DNA from: an uncultured Solirubrobacteraceae bacterium
GTDB taxonomy: Bacteria; Actinomycetota; Thermoleophilia; Solirubrobacterales; Solirubrobacteraceae
Direction of reading: 5' to 3'
NCBI GenBank assembly: GCA_963724145.1
Contig: CAVRTO010000011.1
Location: 6,970-70,969 of the forward strand
Length of the DNA stretch: 64,000 bases
Shown: positions 1 to 9,635 of the stretch, one piece after another
Layout: the number at the start of each line of letters is the position of its first letter
Numbering within the stretch: position 1 is the stretch's first letter
The notes under the pieces: generated by a model
Seen by the model: the letters and a program-made list of their open reading frames with translations, nothing else
What the model was told of the DNA's origin: nothing
Database searches by the model: none
Program-made: the position numbers and the translations under genes

Positions 1-282
1 GTCCTGGACGGCGCCATGCCGGAGCTCGACGTTCGCATGCTGCTCGAGCTGGCGCCGCCCGCTGTCCCGCAGGTCGGCGGGCTTCACGCGGTCGTGCCCG
101 AGCAGTCCGCCGACGCCCTGGGAGACGGCGTTCGCCGGCCGGTCGTCGTCCACCACGAGCACCCGCTTCCTCGCCCGGCCGAGCACGAGCGCCGCGCTCA
201 GGCCCGCGGGCCCGCCGCCGACGATCACGGCGTCGTACGGTGCGCTGCGCCAAGCATCAAGGGGACGAAGCCGGTCGGTCAT
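1..282 (-). CDS. FAD/NAD(P)-binding pyridine nucleotide-disulfide oxidoreductase (thioredoxin-reductase-like), N-terminal part; gene continues beyond the window start
   Basis: Reverse translation from ATG (complement of 280-282) gives MTDRLRPLDAWRSAPYDAVIVGGGPAGLSAALVLGRARKRVLVVDD..., a GxGxxG Rossmann dinucleotide-binding motif followed by an acidic residue. Confidence 0.6.
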   Translation of the reverse strand, partial: MTDRLRPLDAWRSAPYDAVIVGGGPAGLSAALVLGRARKRVLVVDDDRPANAVSQGVGGLLGHDRVKPADLRDSGRRQLEQHANVELRHGAVQD

Positions 283-299
283 CACACATCAGACGCCGC

Positions 300-339
300 A
301 ACCCCCGGATTCATCCCCCTGCCGGGAGATCCGGGGGTT
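300..339 (-). terminator. Hairpin (11-bp perfect stem AACCCCCGGAT/ATCCGGGGGTT) just downstream of the FHA gene stop
   Basis: Perfect inverted repeat read directly; lies between the stop of the 392-901 gene and the start of the next minus-strand gene. Confidence 0.35.
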
Positions 340-391
340 AGCCGCACCTCGACCAGCGCGCCCGAGCGGCGTCGGCGGCGGGGCCGGGACG

Positions 392-901
392 TCACATCAG
401 CTGCACGAGGCAGGCCCCGAGCACCACGGCGTCGCCCGGAACGACGGGCTCGGCGCGTTCGACCGGCCTTCCATCCACCCACGTCCCGTTGCTCGATCCC
501 AGGTCGCGGACGTACCAGCCGTCCGCCGTTCGCCGAAGCGCCGCGTGCGACCGCGAGACGGTGGCATGCCTGAGCACGACATCGCAGGACCGGCTCCGGC
601 CGAGCACCACCGCGCGAGCTCCGACCAGCTCGAGCGGCAGGCGAACCCCTTCCGTGGGAACCGGGAGCGGCGGGGCACGACGGCCGACCCGCCATTGCTT
701 GAAGCGACCGGCGATGCCGACCGCGGGCAGGTCCGCCGTCAGCCCGGCGAGCTGCTCGACGTGCTTCGCGCGATACACGTCCCCGAGTCGGCGCTCGAAG
801 GTGTCGAAGCTCAGATACCCCTCGTCACAGCGCCGCCGCAGCAGGTCTGCGGCACGCTCGCGCGCTCGTTCCGACGCCCGCATGCCTGCATCCTGCAACA
901 T
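392..901 (-). CDS. DUF1707-like N-terminal domain plus FHA domain protein
   Basis: ORF track 169 aa. The N-terminus RASERARERAADLLRRRCDEGYLSFDTFERRL resembles DUF1707. The C-terminus LGRSRSCDVVLRHATVSRSHAAL...GWYVRDLGSSNGTWVDGRPV is a typical FHA core. Confidence 0.8.
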   Translation of the reverse strand: MLQDAGMRASERARERAADLLRRRCDEGYLSFDTFERRLGDVYRAKHVEQLAGLTADLPAVGIAGRFKQWRVGRRAPPLPVPTEGVRLPLELVGARAVVLGRSRSCDVVLRHATVSRSHAALRRTADGWYVRDLGSSNGTWVDGRPVERAEPVVPGDAVVLGACLVQLM

Positions 902-934
902 CGGCGCGCGCCGGTCCAGCGAGCCGGCATCGGC

Positions 935-1495
935 CTACGGGACTCGGACCGGGGTGCTCGCGAGCAAGGCTGCGCCCATGCCCGCGAACGCCGCGGCGCG
1001 AACGCCGGCCGCGATCAGCTGAACGCCCTCGCCGGCGCCCTGGGTCGCGGCGACGAGGACCACGCCGAGGGCCAGCAGCCAGCCGGTCCACGCCGGCAGC
1101 ACGGCAGCTCGCACGACGGCCACGCCGAAGCCGATCCCGCTGACGACCATCAGGATCCCCGGGACGGTCAGCCAGAGCCCGAGGTCGTCGCTCAACGTGT
1201 CGTAGTCGGGTGAGCTGTCCACGAGCGCGTAGATCACCGTTCCCGTGAAGGCCACGTAGACGAGCGCATACACCACGGCGCTCCACAGCCCGAGGCGCCC
1301 GATGCGCGGCAGCTGGCAGCGGTACAGACCCCAGACGAAGAACGGGACCGCCGCCTCGGCGATCAGCGTCAGGACCAGCTGCCAGTCGGAGAATCCCCCC
1401 TGCGCCGCCTCGACGACGTCGCTGGCGAAGTAGAGCACCGAGAAGAACAGCGCGGCAGCACCGGTCACCGTCGCCAGGTCGCGGTCACGCGGCAC
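935..1495 (-). CDS. Hypothetical integral membrane protein (about 5-6 predicted TM helices)
   Basis: 186-aa ORF with alternating hydrophobic stretches (FFSVLYFASDVV, LVLTLIAEAAVPFFVWGLY, LWSAVVYALVYVAFTGTVIYAL, etc.). Protein-like composition, unlike the overlapping frames. Confidence 0.6.
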   Translation of the reverse strand: MPRDRDLATVTGAAALFFSVLYFASDVVEAAQGGFSDWQLVLTLIAEAAVPFFVWGLYRCQLPRIGRLGLWSAVVYALVYVAFTGTVIYALVDSSPDYDTLSDDLGLWLTVPGILMVVSGIGFGVAVVRAAVLPAWTGWLLALGVVLVAATQGAGEGVQLIAAGVRAAAFAGMGAALLASTPVRVP

Positions 1496-1564
1496 GGCGA
1501 CAACCTATCCGCAGCCGCCGGACGGCGTGGTCCAGCCCGGTGCGGGCCGGACCACGCCTGCCCG

Positions 1565-1885
1565 TCAGCCTGCCGTGACGGCGTCGGAGAAGAACCGGTA
1601 GGACCCGACCACGGTCCCCGGCCCGACGACCGGCGGCTCGGCGTACCACCCGGGAAGGCGGTCGTAGAACTCCTGCGCCTCCGGCAGGCCGGGGAGCGGG
1701 TTCTCCACGCCGTCCTCGAGCTCCAGCAGGGCCAGGAACGTCACGCCGTCGCCGAGCTTGACCGACGCGTAGCGGATTCCCTCGAGCCCTTCGCGCTCGA
1801 TCGCCGCGAACATCCGCTTCACCGCCGCCTCGGCCTCCGCGACGTGCTCTTCCTTCAGCGTGGCTCGCACCGTGAGTACGTTCAT
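1565..1885 (-). CDS. Small ABM/dimeric alpha-beta-barrel-like protein (putative monooxygenase superfamily)
   Basis: 106-aa ORF MNVLTVRATLKEEHVAEAEAAVKRMFAAIERE...; the size and pattern resemble ABM-domain proteins. Assignment is by resemblance only. Confidence 0.5.
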   Translation of the reverse strand: MNVLTVRATLKEEHVAEAEAAVKRMFAAIEREGLEGIRYASVKLGDGVTFLALLELEDGVENPLPGLPEAQEFYDRLPGWYAEPPVVGPGTVVGSYRFFSDAVTAG

Positions 1886-1980
1886 CGAACGTCACTCCTT
1901 TCAGGTCGTTTCAAGACACCTGACCGGGCGCGGCGCCGCGCTGTGACACCTCGCAGCTGGCCGTGCGGGGGCGGCCGACG

Positions 1981-4953
1981 TCAGACGGTGGCGTCGAGCC
2001 CGAGCCGGTGCGCGACGCCCGCGGCCTCGGTCCGCGAGCGCACGTCGAGCTTGGCGAGGATCCGCGACACGTGGACGCTCGCGGTCTTCTCGGCCATGTA
2101 GAGCTGGCGGCCGATCTCGCGGTTCGTCGCGCCGGCGGCGACCAGCGCGAGCACCTGGCGCTCGCGCGGCGTGAGGCCGAACGGATCCTCGTCCTCGGTG
2201 TCGTCGGTGCCCTCCGCGCCCGCGCTGCCGTCGCCGGCCAGCCGTAGCCGCGCACGCGCCGCGAGGCTCTGGACCTCGCCCTCGAGCCATGCGGCGCCGA
2301 GCCGCTCGGCGGTCTCGACGGCCTCCGACGCCGGCGCGGCCGCGGCCTCGCGGTCGCCCTCGGCGACGAGCGCCTCGGCCTGGCGCCAGCGCGCGCCCGC
2401 CGCGAGGTAGGGCCGGTCGAGCGCCGCCCAGCTCGCCGCCGCCGCGTCCCAGCGCGCCGCCTGGTCGGAGCCGACGGCGCGGCAGTGGTCGGCCTCGGCA
2501 TGGGCGAGGTAGGCGAGCTCGAGCGCCCCGCCGTCCTCCGCGCACGCGCGCACCCGCGCCACCAGGAGGTCGGCGTGCGTGACCGCGAGGTCGGCCGCGG
2601 CCACGTCGCCGACGTCGCGCGCCTGCTGCGCCGCGGTCGCCTCGGCCGCGAGCCCGGCGGTGCTGACCATCGCCATGCGCAGCGCGTCGTCGGAGCAGAA
2701 CTCGATCCGGTCGAGCGCCTCGTCGACCGCCGCGCGCGCGGCCGCGGTGTCGCCGGCGCGCGCCGCGAGCTCCGTCTGGAGCGCGCCGAGCACGCCCAGG
2801 TACTGCGGCTCGCGCGAGTCGACGGCGACCTCGGCGGCACGGGCGAGCTGCGCCCGCGCCTCCTCGCACTCGTCGCGCGCGAGCGCCAGCTCGGCCCGCC
2901 GCAGCGCGACCTCCAGCTCCCAGTTGCCGCCGGTCAGCCGCCGCCGCGCGACCTCGGCGAGCGCGGCGTCCGCCGCCTCCCAGTCGCCCGAGTCGAACGA
3001 CTGCTGCGCGATCAGCAGCGACAGCCAGCCCTGTCGCGTCGGCAGCGAGGCGAGCTCGGCGTGGCCGGCGCGGGCCACGTCGAGCGCCTCCGCCGTCCGG
3101 CCCGCCAGGTGCAGCGCGTCGCTCATGTTCACCGAGGTGGAGGCGATGTCCTGCAGGTGCCCGCGCTCGCGCGCCATCGCGAGCGCGCGGCCCAGCGTCT
3201 CGGCGCCCTCGTCGACCGCGCCGATCGCCATCTGCGAGACGCCGAGCGCGTTGAGCGCGCCGATCTCGTCGACGAAGTAGCCGTCCGGGTCGGTCAGCGC
3301 CGCGTGCTCCTCCAGCGCGCGGCGCGCCTCGCGCACGGCGCGGTGGTAGCGCGACTGCAGCGTCAGCGTCTTCGCGTGACGGGCGAGCAGCCCGGCGCGC
3401 TGCGGCGACGGCTCGTCCTCGGCCACCAGCGCGAGCCCCTGCTCGAGCTCCTCCATCGCCTCGTCCTGGCGCAGCAGCGTCCACAGCGACCGGTGCAGGA
3501 GCCCGTGGATCCAGGCCACGCGGCGCGGGGCCTGCTCGGGGTCGACGAGCTTCAGCGCGCGCCGCGCGAGCGTGACCGCGCGGCCCGGGTCGTCCGCGTA
3601 GACGTGGCAGCCGGCGGCGCGCTCGAGCAGGTCGACCTGGTCGCTGCCGGTCAGCCCGGCCGCGTCCGGCACGCGGTCCCACAGCTCGAGCGCGCGCTCG
3701 AACAGCGTCGCCCCCTCGCCGAAGGCCTGGACGTCCATCGCCGCCATGCCCGCGCGCACGGCGGCGGCCAGCGCCGCCGGCTGGTCGCCGGCGGCCAGAT
3801 AGTGGTGGGCGATCGCCGCGGCGCGCTGGGCGCCGGTCTCCGGGCCGTCGGATCCCGACAGCGCGGCCGCGAGCGCCCGGTGCAGCTCGGCGCGCTCGCC
3901 GGGCAGCAGGTCGTCGTGGACGGCCTCGGCCATCAGCGCGTGGCGCAGCGTGTAGCGCTCGCCGTGGAGCACGACGATGTGCGCCGCCATCGCCTCGCGC
4001 AGCCCGTCGCGGAGCGCCCGCCGGTCGAGCCCGCTGACCTCGGCGAGCAGCGCGTCGTCGAGCACGCCGCCGGCGGAGAGCACCCGGACGACCTCCTGCG
4101 CGTCGTCGCCGAGCCGGTCGATCCGCAGCGCGAGCGCGGCCGCGAGGCTCGGCGGGAGCGAGCCGCGCCCGTCGGTCCCGGCGGCCAGCAGCTCCTCGGT
4201 GAACAGCGGGTTGCCCTCGCTGCGCGCGTACAGCCGCTCGACGAGCGCCGCGTCGGGCGCGGCGCCGAGGATGTCGCCGAGCTGCTCGGCGAGCTCGTCG
4301 CGGCTGAGCCCCGCGAGGTCGATCCGCACTGCGCGGACCCGCTCCAGCTCCGCGAGCAGCGGCCGCAGCGGGTGCCGCCGGTGCAGCTCGTCCGGCCGGT
4401 AGGTCGCGACGATCAGCAGCGGCTCGGTCGAGAGCGTCGCGGCGAGGAAGCGGAGGAACGCGCGCGTCGACGCGTCGGCCCAGTGGAGGTCCTCGATCAC
4501 CAGCAGCACCGGGGTCTCGCGCGCGAGCCCGTCGAGCACCGCGAGCAGCGCCTCGAAGACGCGCGCCTGGTCGCCCGCGCCGCGCTCGTGCCCGCGGACC
4601 GTGGCGGCGAGCCCGGGCAGCAGCGTGGCCAGCTCGGCGCGGATGTCGTCCGGCAGCGCGTCGAGCACCGGGTCGGCATCGCGCACCAGCGGGCGCAGCG
4701 CGGTCACCAGCGGGGCGTAGGCCAGCTCGCCCTCGCCGAGCTCGACGCACTCGCCGCTCAGCACGCGCGTGCCGTCGGCGGTCGCGCGCGTCTCGAGCTC
4801 GGCGACGAGCCGGCTCTTGCCGACGCCCGACTCGCCGACCACGAAGGCGAGCGACGGCTGCCCGCCCGCCGCGTCGGCGAGCGCGGCCTGGAGCTGCGCG
4901 AGCTCCAGCGCGCGGCCCACGATCCGTTGCGAGGTGACGCCGGTGGCCATCAC
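1981..4953 (-). CDS. Large ATP-binding LuxR-family regulator (LAL/MalT-like: N-terminal AAA P-loop, TPR-like middle, C-terminal LuxR HTH)
   Basis: 990-aa ORF with Walker A VVGESGVGKSRL, Walker B LLVIEDLHWAD and the C-terminal LTPRERQVLALVAAGATNREIGRQLYMAEKTASVHVSRILAKL. Confidence 0.85.
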   Translation of the reverse strand: MMATGVTSQRIVGRALELAQLQAALADAAGGQPSLAFVVGESGVGKSRLVAELETRATADGTRVLSGECVELGEGELAYAPLVTALRPLVRDADPVLDALPDDIRAELATLLPGLAATVRGHERGAGDQARVFEALLAVLDGLARETPVLLVIEDLHWADASTRAFLRFLAATLSTEPLLIVATYRPDELHRRHPLRPLLAELERVRAVRIDLAGLSRDELAEQLGDILGAAPDAALVERLYARSEGNPLFTEELLAAGTDGRGSLPPSLAAALALRIDRLGDDAQEVVRVLSAGGVLDDALLAEVSGLDRRALRDGLREAMAAHIVVLHGERYTLRHALMAEAVHDDLLPGERAELHRALAAALSGSDGPETGAQRAAAIAHHYLAAGDQPAALAAAVRAGMAAMDVQAFGEGATLFERALELWDRVPDAAGLTGSDQVDLLERAAGCHVYADDPGRAVTLARRALKLVDPEQAPRRVAWIHGLLHRSLWTLLRQDEAMEELEQGLALVAEDEPSPQRAGLLARHAKTLTLQSRYHRAVREARRALEEHAALTDPDGYFVDEIGALNALGVSQMAIGAVDEGAETLGRALAMARERGHLQDIASTSVNMSDALHLAGRTAEALDVARAGHAELASLPTRQGWLSLLIAQQSFDSGDWEAADAALAEVARRRLTGGNWELEVALRRAELALARDECEEARAQLARAAEVAVDSREPQYLGVLGALQTELAARAGDTAAARAAVDEALDRIEFCSDDALRMAMVSTAGLAAEATAAQQARDVGDVAAADLAVTHADLLVARVRACAEDGGALELAYLAHAEADHCRAVGSDQAARWDAAAASWAALDRPYLAAGARWRQAEALVAEGDREAAAAPASEAVETAERLGAAWLEGEVQSLAARARLRLAGDGSAGAEGTDDTEDEDPFGLTPRERQVLALVAAGATNREIGRQLYMAEKTASVHVSRILAKLDVRSRTEAAGVAHRLGLDATV

Positions 4954-4990
4954 GACGGAGGATCGCAGAGCGCGCGGGCGGCGCCCGGCG

Positions 4991-5752
4991 TCAGGCGGCG
5001 GCGCGCGGCCGCCGGTGCTCGGCGGCCTGGACGATCCGCAGGACCTCGCTGACGCTGTCCGTCACGAGCAGCGTGTCGACGTCGGCGGGGACGATGTTGC
5101 CGGCCCGCGCGACGGTCTGGCGGAGCCAGCCCACGAGCCCCTCCCAGTAGGCGGAGCCGAACAGGACGATCGGGAAGTGCCGGATCTTGCCGGTCTGGCG
5201 CAGGGTCGCGGCCTCGAACAGCTCGTCGAGCGTGCCGAACCCGCCGGGGAAGACGACGAACGCGCTCGCGTAGCGGACGAACATCACCTTGCGCGCGAAG
5301 AAGTAGTGGAAGCTGAGGCCGATGTCGACGAAGTGGTTCTCGAACTGCTCGTGCGGCAGCTCGATGTCGAGGCCGATCGAGATCGCGCCGGCCTCGCGCG
5401 CGCCGTGGTTGCCGGCCTCCATGATCCCCGGGCCGCCGCCGGTGATGATCGAGAAGCCCGCGCGCCCGAGCACGGCGGCGGTCTCGCGCGCCTTCGCGTA
5501 CATCGGGTCGGTCCGCGCCGTGCGGGCCGAGCCGAAGATCGAGACCGCCGGCCCGATGTGCGAGAGCGCCGCGAATCCCTGCCGCAGCTCCTCCTGGATC
5601 CGCCGCGTGCGGGCCTCGTCGTCGAGCTGGGAGACGATCGCCGCGGTGTCGGCCTCCAGCAGCTCCTCGTCGGCGGACGTCGGCGGGCGCGGGTGCGTCC
5701 GGCGATACTCCTCCTCGTCCGCGGGGGTCCAGCCGTCGCCATCCATGGGCAT
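4991..5752 (-). CDS. LOG family protein (TIGR00730-type, cytokinin riboside 5'-monophosphate phosphoribohydrolase-like)
   Basis: C-terminal 253 aa of the 4991-6634 ORF, starting at MPMDGDGW. Motifs GGGPGIMEA and PGGFGTLDELFE (PGGxGTxxE). The upstream part of that ORF is a shadow of the FKBP gene region. Confidence 0.85.
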   Translation of the reverse strand: MPMDGDGWTPADEEEYRRTHPRPPTSADEELLEADTAAIVSQLDDEARTRRIQEELRQGFAALSHIGPAVSIFGSARTARTDPMYAKARETAAVLGRAGFSIITGGGPGIMEAGNHGAREAGAISIGLDIELPHEQFENHFVDIGLSFHYFFARKVMFVRYASAFVVFPGGFGTLDELFEAATLRQTGKIRHFPIVLFGSAYWEGLVGWLRQTVARAGNIVPADVDTLLVTDSVSEVLRIVQAAEHRRPRAAA

Positions 5753-5892
5753 CAAGGGTATTGCGCGCTCAGCCGCGCCGGTCGGCGAGCACGTGGGCGC
5801 CGATCCCGCCGGCGAGCGGCCGGCGGCGGTGAGCAGGGGGAGCGCGGAGCATGCGGGGACGCGCGAGCGTACCCGAGCCCGCGGCGCGGGTG

Positions 5893-6423
5893 CTAGTGGA
5901 TGCCCTTCAGGTCGACGACGAAGACCAGCGTCTCGCCCGGGCCGATGTCCGGGCTCGGGCTCTGGTCGCCGTAGGCGAGCTCGCTCGGGATGACGAGCAG
6001 CCGGCGGCCGCCCTCCTTCATGCCGGCGACGCCCTGGTCCCAGCCCGGGATGACCTGGCCGGCGCCGAGCGGGAACGTGAACGGCTGGGTCCCGCGGTCC
6101 CACGAGGCGTCGAACTGCTTGCCCGTCGACCACGAGTTGCCGACGTACTGGACGTCGACGATGTCGCCCTTCTTCGCGGCCTTGCCCTTGCCCTTGACGA
6201 TGTCGGCCGTCTCGAGCTCGGCCGGCGGGTCGCCCGACGGCGTCGCGATCGCGGGCTTCTCGGTGAGGTCGGTGCTGACGTCCTTCGCGAGGTCGGCGGC
6301 GGTCGTCGCCGCGGGCGGGGCGGTCGCCGCCGGGGTCGCGCTCTGCTCGTCCGAGCCGTCGCCGCAGGCGGCGGCACCGACGGCGAGGAGGCAGCAGGCG
6401 AGGAGGATCGGCAGACGTCGCAT
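5893..6423 (-). CDS. FKBP-type peptidyl-prolyl cis-trans isomerase, probable lipoprotein
   Basis: MRRLPILLACCLLAVGAAACG lipobox-like signal; C-terminal FKBP core DASWDRGTQPFTFPLGAGQVIPGWDQGVAGMKEGGRRLLVIPSELAYG. Start placed at the second Met of the ORF. Confidence 0.85.
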   Translation of the reverse strand: MRRLPILLACCLLAVGAAACGDGSDEQSATPAATAPPAATTAADLAKDVSTDLTEKPAIATPSGDPPAELETADIVKGKGKAAKKGDIVDVQYVGNSWSTGKQFDASWDRGTQPFTFPLGAGQVIPGWDQGVAGMKEGGRRLLVIPSELAYGDQSPSPDIGPGETLVFVVDLKGIH

Positions 6424-6479
6424 GCGCGGCCAGGGTAGAAGGTTCAAGCCGCGGTCCCGCGCGGACGATATGCACTCCG

Positions 6480-8774
6480 ATGGCCGTATCGACGGGGTCC
6501 CGGCATGCCGACACCTCCGCGCTGGAGGCGTTGGTCAACGCCGCGGCGGGGATCCTCGCGGCGGATTCGCTCTCCGACACGCTCGGGCGCATCGCGCACC
6601 ACCTCGGCGTGCTGCTCGACTTCGACGAGATCACGCTCTACGAGGTCGATCGCACCGCCGGGATGCTGCGCCCCGTGTTCGCGCTCGGCGCCTACGCGGA
6701 CGAGGTGATGGCCGACGCGTTCCCGATCGGCGAGGGCGTCACCGGCTGGGTGGTCGCCAACCGCCGCACGCGCAACGTCGAGCGCGCCGACCACGATCCG
6801 ATCGTCGCCGTCGTCGAGGGGACCGAGCTCGAGCCGGAGTCGCTCGTCTCCGTGCCGCTGATCGTCGGCGACCGCGTCGTCGCCGTGCTCAACGTCTACC
6901 GGCTCGGCGTCGGCCGCGCGTTCACCGAGGCCGAGGTCGAGCAGGTCGAGCAGTTCGCCACGATGGCGGCGCTCGCCTTCGACTCGGCGCGGCGGCGCGA
7001 GACGCTGCGCGAGCAGGCCCGCTCCGACGGCCTGACCGGATTGCTCAACCACCGCGCCTGCCACGAGCGGCTGGGGGAGGAGGTCGCGCGCGCCACGGCC
7101 GCGGACCGGCCGCTGAGCGTGGTCGTCGTCGACCTCGACCACTTCAAGACCGTCAACGACGCGTTCGGCCACGCCGAGGGCGACAAGGTGCTCGTCGCGG
7201 CGGCGGACCGGCTGCGCTCGATCGTGCGCGAGGACGACGTCGTCGCCCGGCTCGGCGGCGAGGAGTTCGCGCTGATCCTCCCGGGCGTCGACGGCGACCA
7301 CGCCGGCGAGGCCGCCGAGCGCGCCCGCGCCGCGATCGCCACCGTCGAGGTCGGCGGCCGCCCGCTGTCGTGCTCGGCCGGCGTCGCCTCGTTCCCCGCC
7401 GACGCCGGCGAGGCCGGCCGCCTGCTCGAGCTGGCCGACGGCGCGATGTACTGGGCCAAGCGCTCGGGCCGCGACCAGAGCCGCCGCTACGACCGCCGGC
7501 TCGCGGGCGATCTGTCGGGCGACGGGCAGCGCGCCGAGGTCGAGGCGCTGCTCGCGAACGAGGGATCGATCGTCCCCGTCTTCCAGCCCGTGCTCGAGCT
7601 CGCCACCGGCCGCGTCGCCGGCTACGAGGCGCTCGCGCGGATGCCCGACGGACCGTTCCGGCCGCCCGACCAGTGGTTCGCACAGGCCCACCGCGCCGGT
7701 CTCGGCGCAGCGCTGGAGGCGGCCGCTCTGCGTGCCGCGTTCCGCGCCGGCGGGCGGCCGGAACGCACCTTCCTCGCGCTCAACGTGAGTCCCGGCGCGC
7801 TGCTCTCGCCCGAGGTCCGCGACGCGCTCCCCGACGACCTGAGCGGGATCGTGATCGAGCTGACCGAGCACGAGCTGTTCTCGGCCGACGCGTCGCTCGA
7901 CCGCGAGATCGGCCGGCTGCGCGCCCGCGGCGCGCGGATCGCGCTCGACGACGCGGGCAACGGCTACGCCGGGCTCCAGCAGATCATCCGCATCGCCCCC
8001 GACGTGCTCAAGCTCGACCGCTCGCTCGTGGACGGGATCCACGACGACCCGCACCGCTTCGCGCTGCTCGAGGCGCTGATCTCGTTCGCGTCGACCACGC
8101 GCGCGGCGATCTGCGCGGAGGGTGTCGAGGCGCTCGAGGACCTCGCGGTGCTCGCGGGCCTCGACGTGACCTACGCGCAGGGCTGGGCGCTCGCGCGGCC
8201 CGACGCGCCGTGGGCGGTGCTCTCACCGGGCGCCGCGGCGGCCGCCTCCGCGGATCTGCGGCGCGGCCTGCGCGTCGCGCGCGAGACGAGCGAGGAGCGC
8301 GCGCCGACGCTCGGCGACGTGATCGCGCTGCTCGCGGGCGTGAGCTGCGTCGACGACATCCGCGCGGTGGCGGAGATGATCCCCGCGGTGCTCGGCGGCG
8401 ACGACGCGGCGGTCTCGCGCGTCGTGCCCGGCGAGGACTGCGTCGAGGACATCAGCCGCCACGGCTGGTCGCAGCCGGGCCAGCGCTACGCGCTCGCGGA
8501 CTACCCGTCGACCGCCTACGTCCTGAGCACCCGGATCGCCGGGCAGGTCCTGACCGGCGACCCCGCCTCCGACCCCGCCGAGGTGGCGGTGCTCGAGCAG
8601 GCCGGCTTCCAGGCCGTGCTGCTCGTCCCGCTCGTGTTCGGCGGGCAGGACGTCGGGCTGCTCGAGCTCTACCGCCGCCACGCGATCCCCTGGAGCACGC
8701 GCGAGATCGAGCGCGCCCAGCTGCTGGCCCATCAGCTCGGGGCCGTGCTCGATCTGCTGGCCCGTAACGCCTGA
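6480..8774 (+). CDS. GAF-GGDEF-EAL-GAF multidomain c-di-GMP turnover protein
   Basis: 764-aa uninterrupted ORF. GGDEF region DGLTGLLNHR...RLGGEEFALIL. EAL region GYEALARM, IVIELTEHE, ALDDAGNGYAGLQ, LKLDRSLV. GAF-like segments flank it at both ends. Confidence 0.85.
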   Translation: MAVSTGSRHADTSALEALVNAAAGILAADSLSDTLGRIAHHLGVLLDFDEITLYEVDRTAGMLRPVFALGAYADEVMADAFPIGEGVTGWVVANRRTRNVERADHDPIVAVVEGTELEPESLVSVPLIVGDRVVAVLNVYRLGVGRAFTEAEVEQVEQFATMAALAFDSARRRETLREQARSDGLTGLLNHRACHERLGEEVARATAADRPLSVVVVDLDHFKTVNDAFGHAEGDKVLVAAADRLRSIVREDDVVARLGGEEFALILPGVDGDHAGEAAERARAAIATVEVGGRPLSCSAGVASFPADAGEAGRLLELADGAMYWAKRSGRDQSRRYDRRLAGDLSGDGQRAEVEALLANEGSIVPVFQPVLELATGRVAGYEALARMPDGPFRPPDQWFAQAHRAGLGAALEAAALRAAFRAGGRPERTFLALNVSPGALLSPEVRDALPDDLSGIVIELTEHELFSADASLDREIGRLRARGARIALDDAGNGYAGLQQIIRIAPDVLKLDRSLVDGIHDDPHRFALLEALISFASTTRAAICAEGVEALEDLAVLAGLDVTYAQGWALARPDAPWAVLSPGAAAAASADLRRGLRVARETSEERAPTLGDVIALLAGVSCVDDIRAVAEMIPAVLGGDDAAVSRVVPGEDCVEDISRHGWSQPGQRYALADYPSTAYVLSTRIAGQVLTGDPASDPAEVAVLEQAGFQAVLLVPLVFGGQDVGLLELYRRHAIPWSTREIERAQLLAHQLGAVLDLLARNA

Positions 8775-8795
8775 GCCGCCACACTGGTCGCCGCG

Positions 8796-9629
8796 ATGGC
8801 GATCCTGGTCGACGAGCTGCGCGAGTACCCGGACGTGGCGCTGCCGTTCACGACCTGGTGCCACATGGCCACCGACGGCGAGCTCGACGAGCTGCACGCG
8901 TTCGCCGCGCGGCTCGGGCTCCGGCGGCGCTGGTTCCAGCGCGATCACTACGACCTCCCGCCGCACGGGCGCCGCGCCGCGGTCGCGCTGGGCGCGGAGG
9001 AGGTCGGGACCGGCGAGCTGCTGCGCCGGATGACCGGGCCGCGCGGTGACCGGGCGCGGCGGCGCGCGCTCGCACCGGCCGGCGTCGCGTGGCTGCGCGG
9101 CGACGACGGCCCCGCGGTACTGCGCTATCCGGCGGGCGCCCTCGTCGCGATCGGGGGGCCGCCCGGCGCCGGCAAGTCGACGCTCGCCGCGCGCGTGGTC
9201 GACGCCGGGCGGGTGCCGGTGCTCGACCCCGACGACCTGCGCGACGGCCGCGACTGGCCCGCCGCGCTCGCGGCCTGGCGGTCGGCGCTCGCCGCCGCGC
9301 TCGACGCGGGCGGCGCGGTGGCCGTGACGACCGCGCTGCGCGAGGGGCATCGGCTCGGGCTGGCGAAGACCGCCGCGGCGGCGGGGGCGCCCGCGCACCT
9401 GATCCTGCTCGACGCCGACCCCGGGACCTGCCGGGCAGGGCGCGCCGCGCAGGGCGCGCCGCGGATCTCCGACGGGCTGTTCGAGCACCTGCTGGCGGAG
9501 TGGGCCGCCTATCGCCGCGCGCTGGGGGAGCTCGGCGATCCGGCACCGTTCGCCTCGATCACCGTGCTCGACCGGCCGGCTGCCGACCGCGTGCGCCGCA
9601 TCGCTATCTCACCCTCTGGTCGAGGGTGA
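8796..9629 (+). CDS. DUF4031-like domain fused to a P-loop (AAA_33-type) kinase-like domain
   Basis: N-terminus MAILVDELREYP...WCHMATDGELDELHAFAARLGLRRRWFQRDHYDLP resembles DUF4031. Walker A GGPPGAGKSTLAARV follows in the second half. Confidence 0.7.
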   Translation: MAILVDELREYPDVALPFTTWCHMATDGELDELHAFAARLGLRRRWFQRDHYDLPPHGRRAAVALGAEEVGTGELLRRMTGPRGDRARRRALAPAGVAWLRGDDGPAVLRYPAGALVAIGGPPGAGKSTLAARVVDAGRVPVLDPDDLRDGRDWPAALAAWRSALAAALDAGGAVAVTTALREGHRLGLAKTAAAAGAPAHLILLDADPGTCRAGRAAQGAPRISDGLFEHLLAEWAAYRRALGELGDPAPFASITVLDRPAADRVRRIAISPSGRG

Positions 9630-9635
9630 GAGAGG

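Noticed and set aside
1901-4750. 949-aa ORF (and similar long ORFs such as 5990-8767 +, 10394-13384 upstream part, 20793-23525, 31649-33733, 34857-37250, 36776-38896, 46218-48653, 48151-50379, 50659-52953) with Arg/Ala/Pro/Gly-dominated translations
   Set aside because: They overlap, on the opposite strand or in another frame, genes with clear family motifs. Their composition is that of off-frame GC-rich DNA, since stop codons are rare at this GC content. They are shadow ORFs, not genes.
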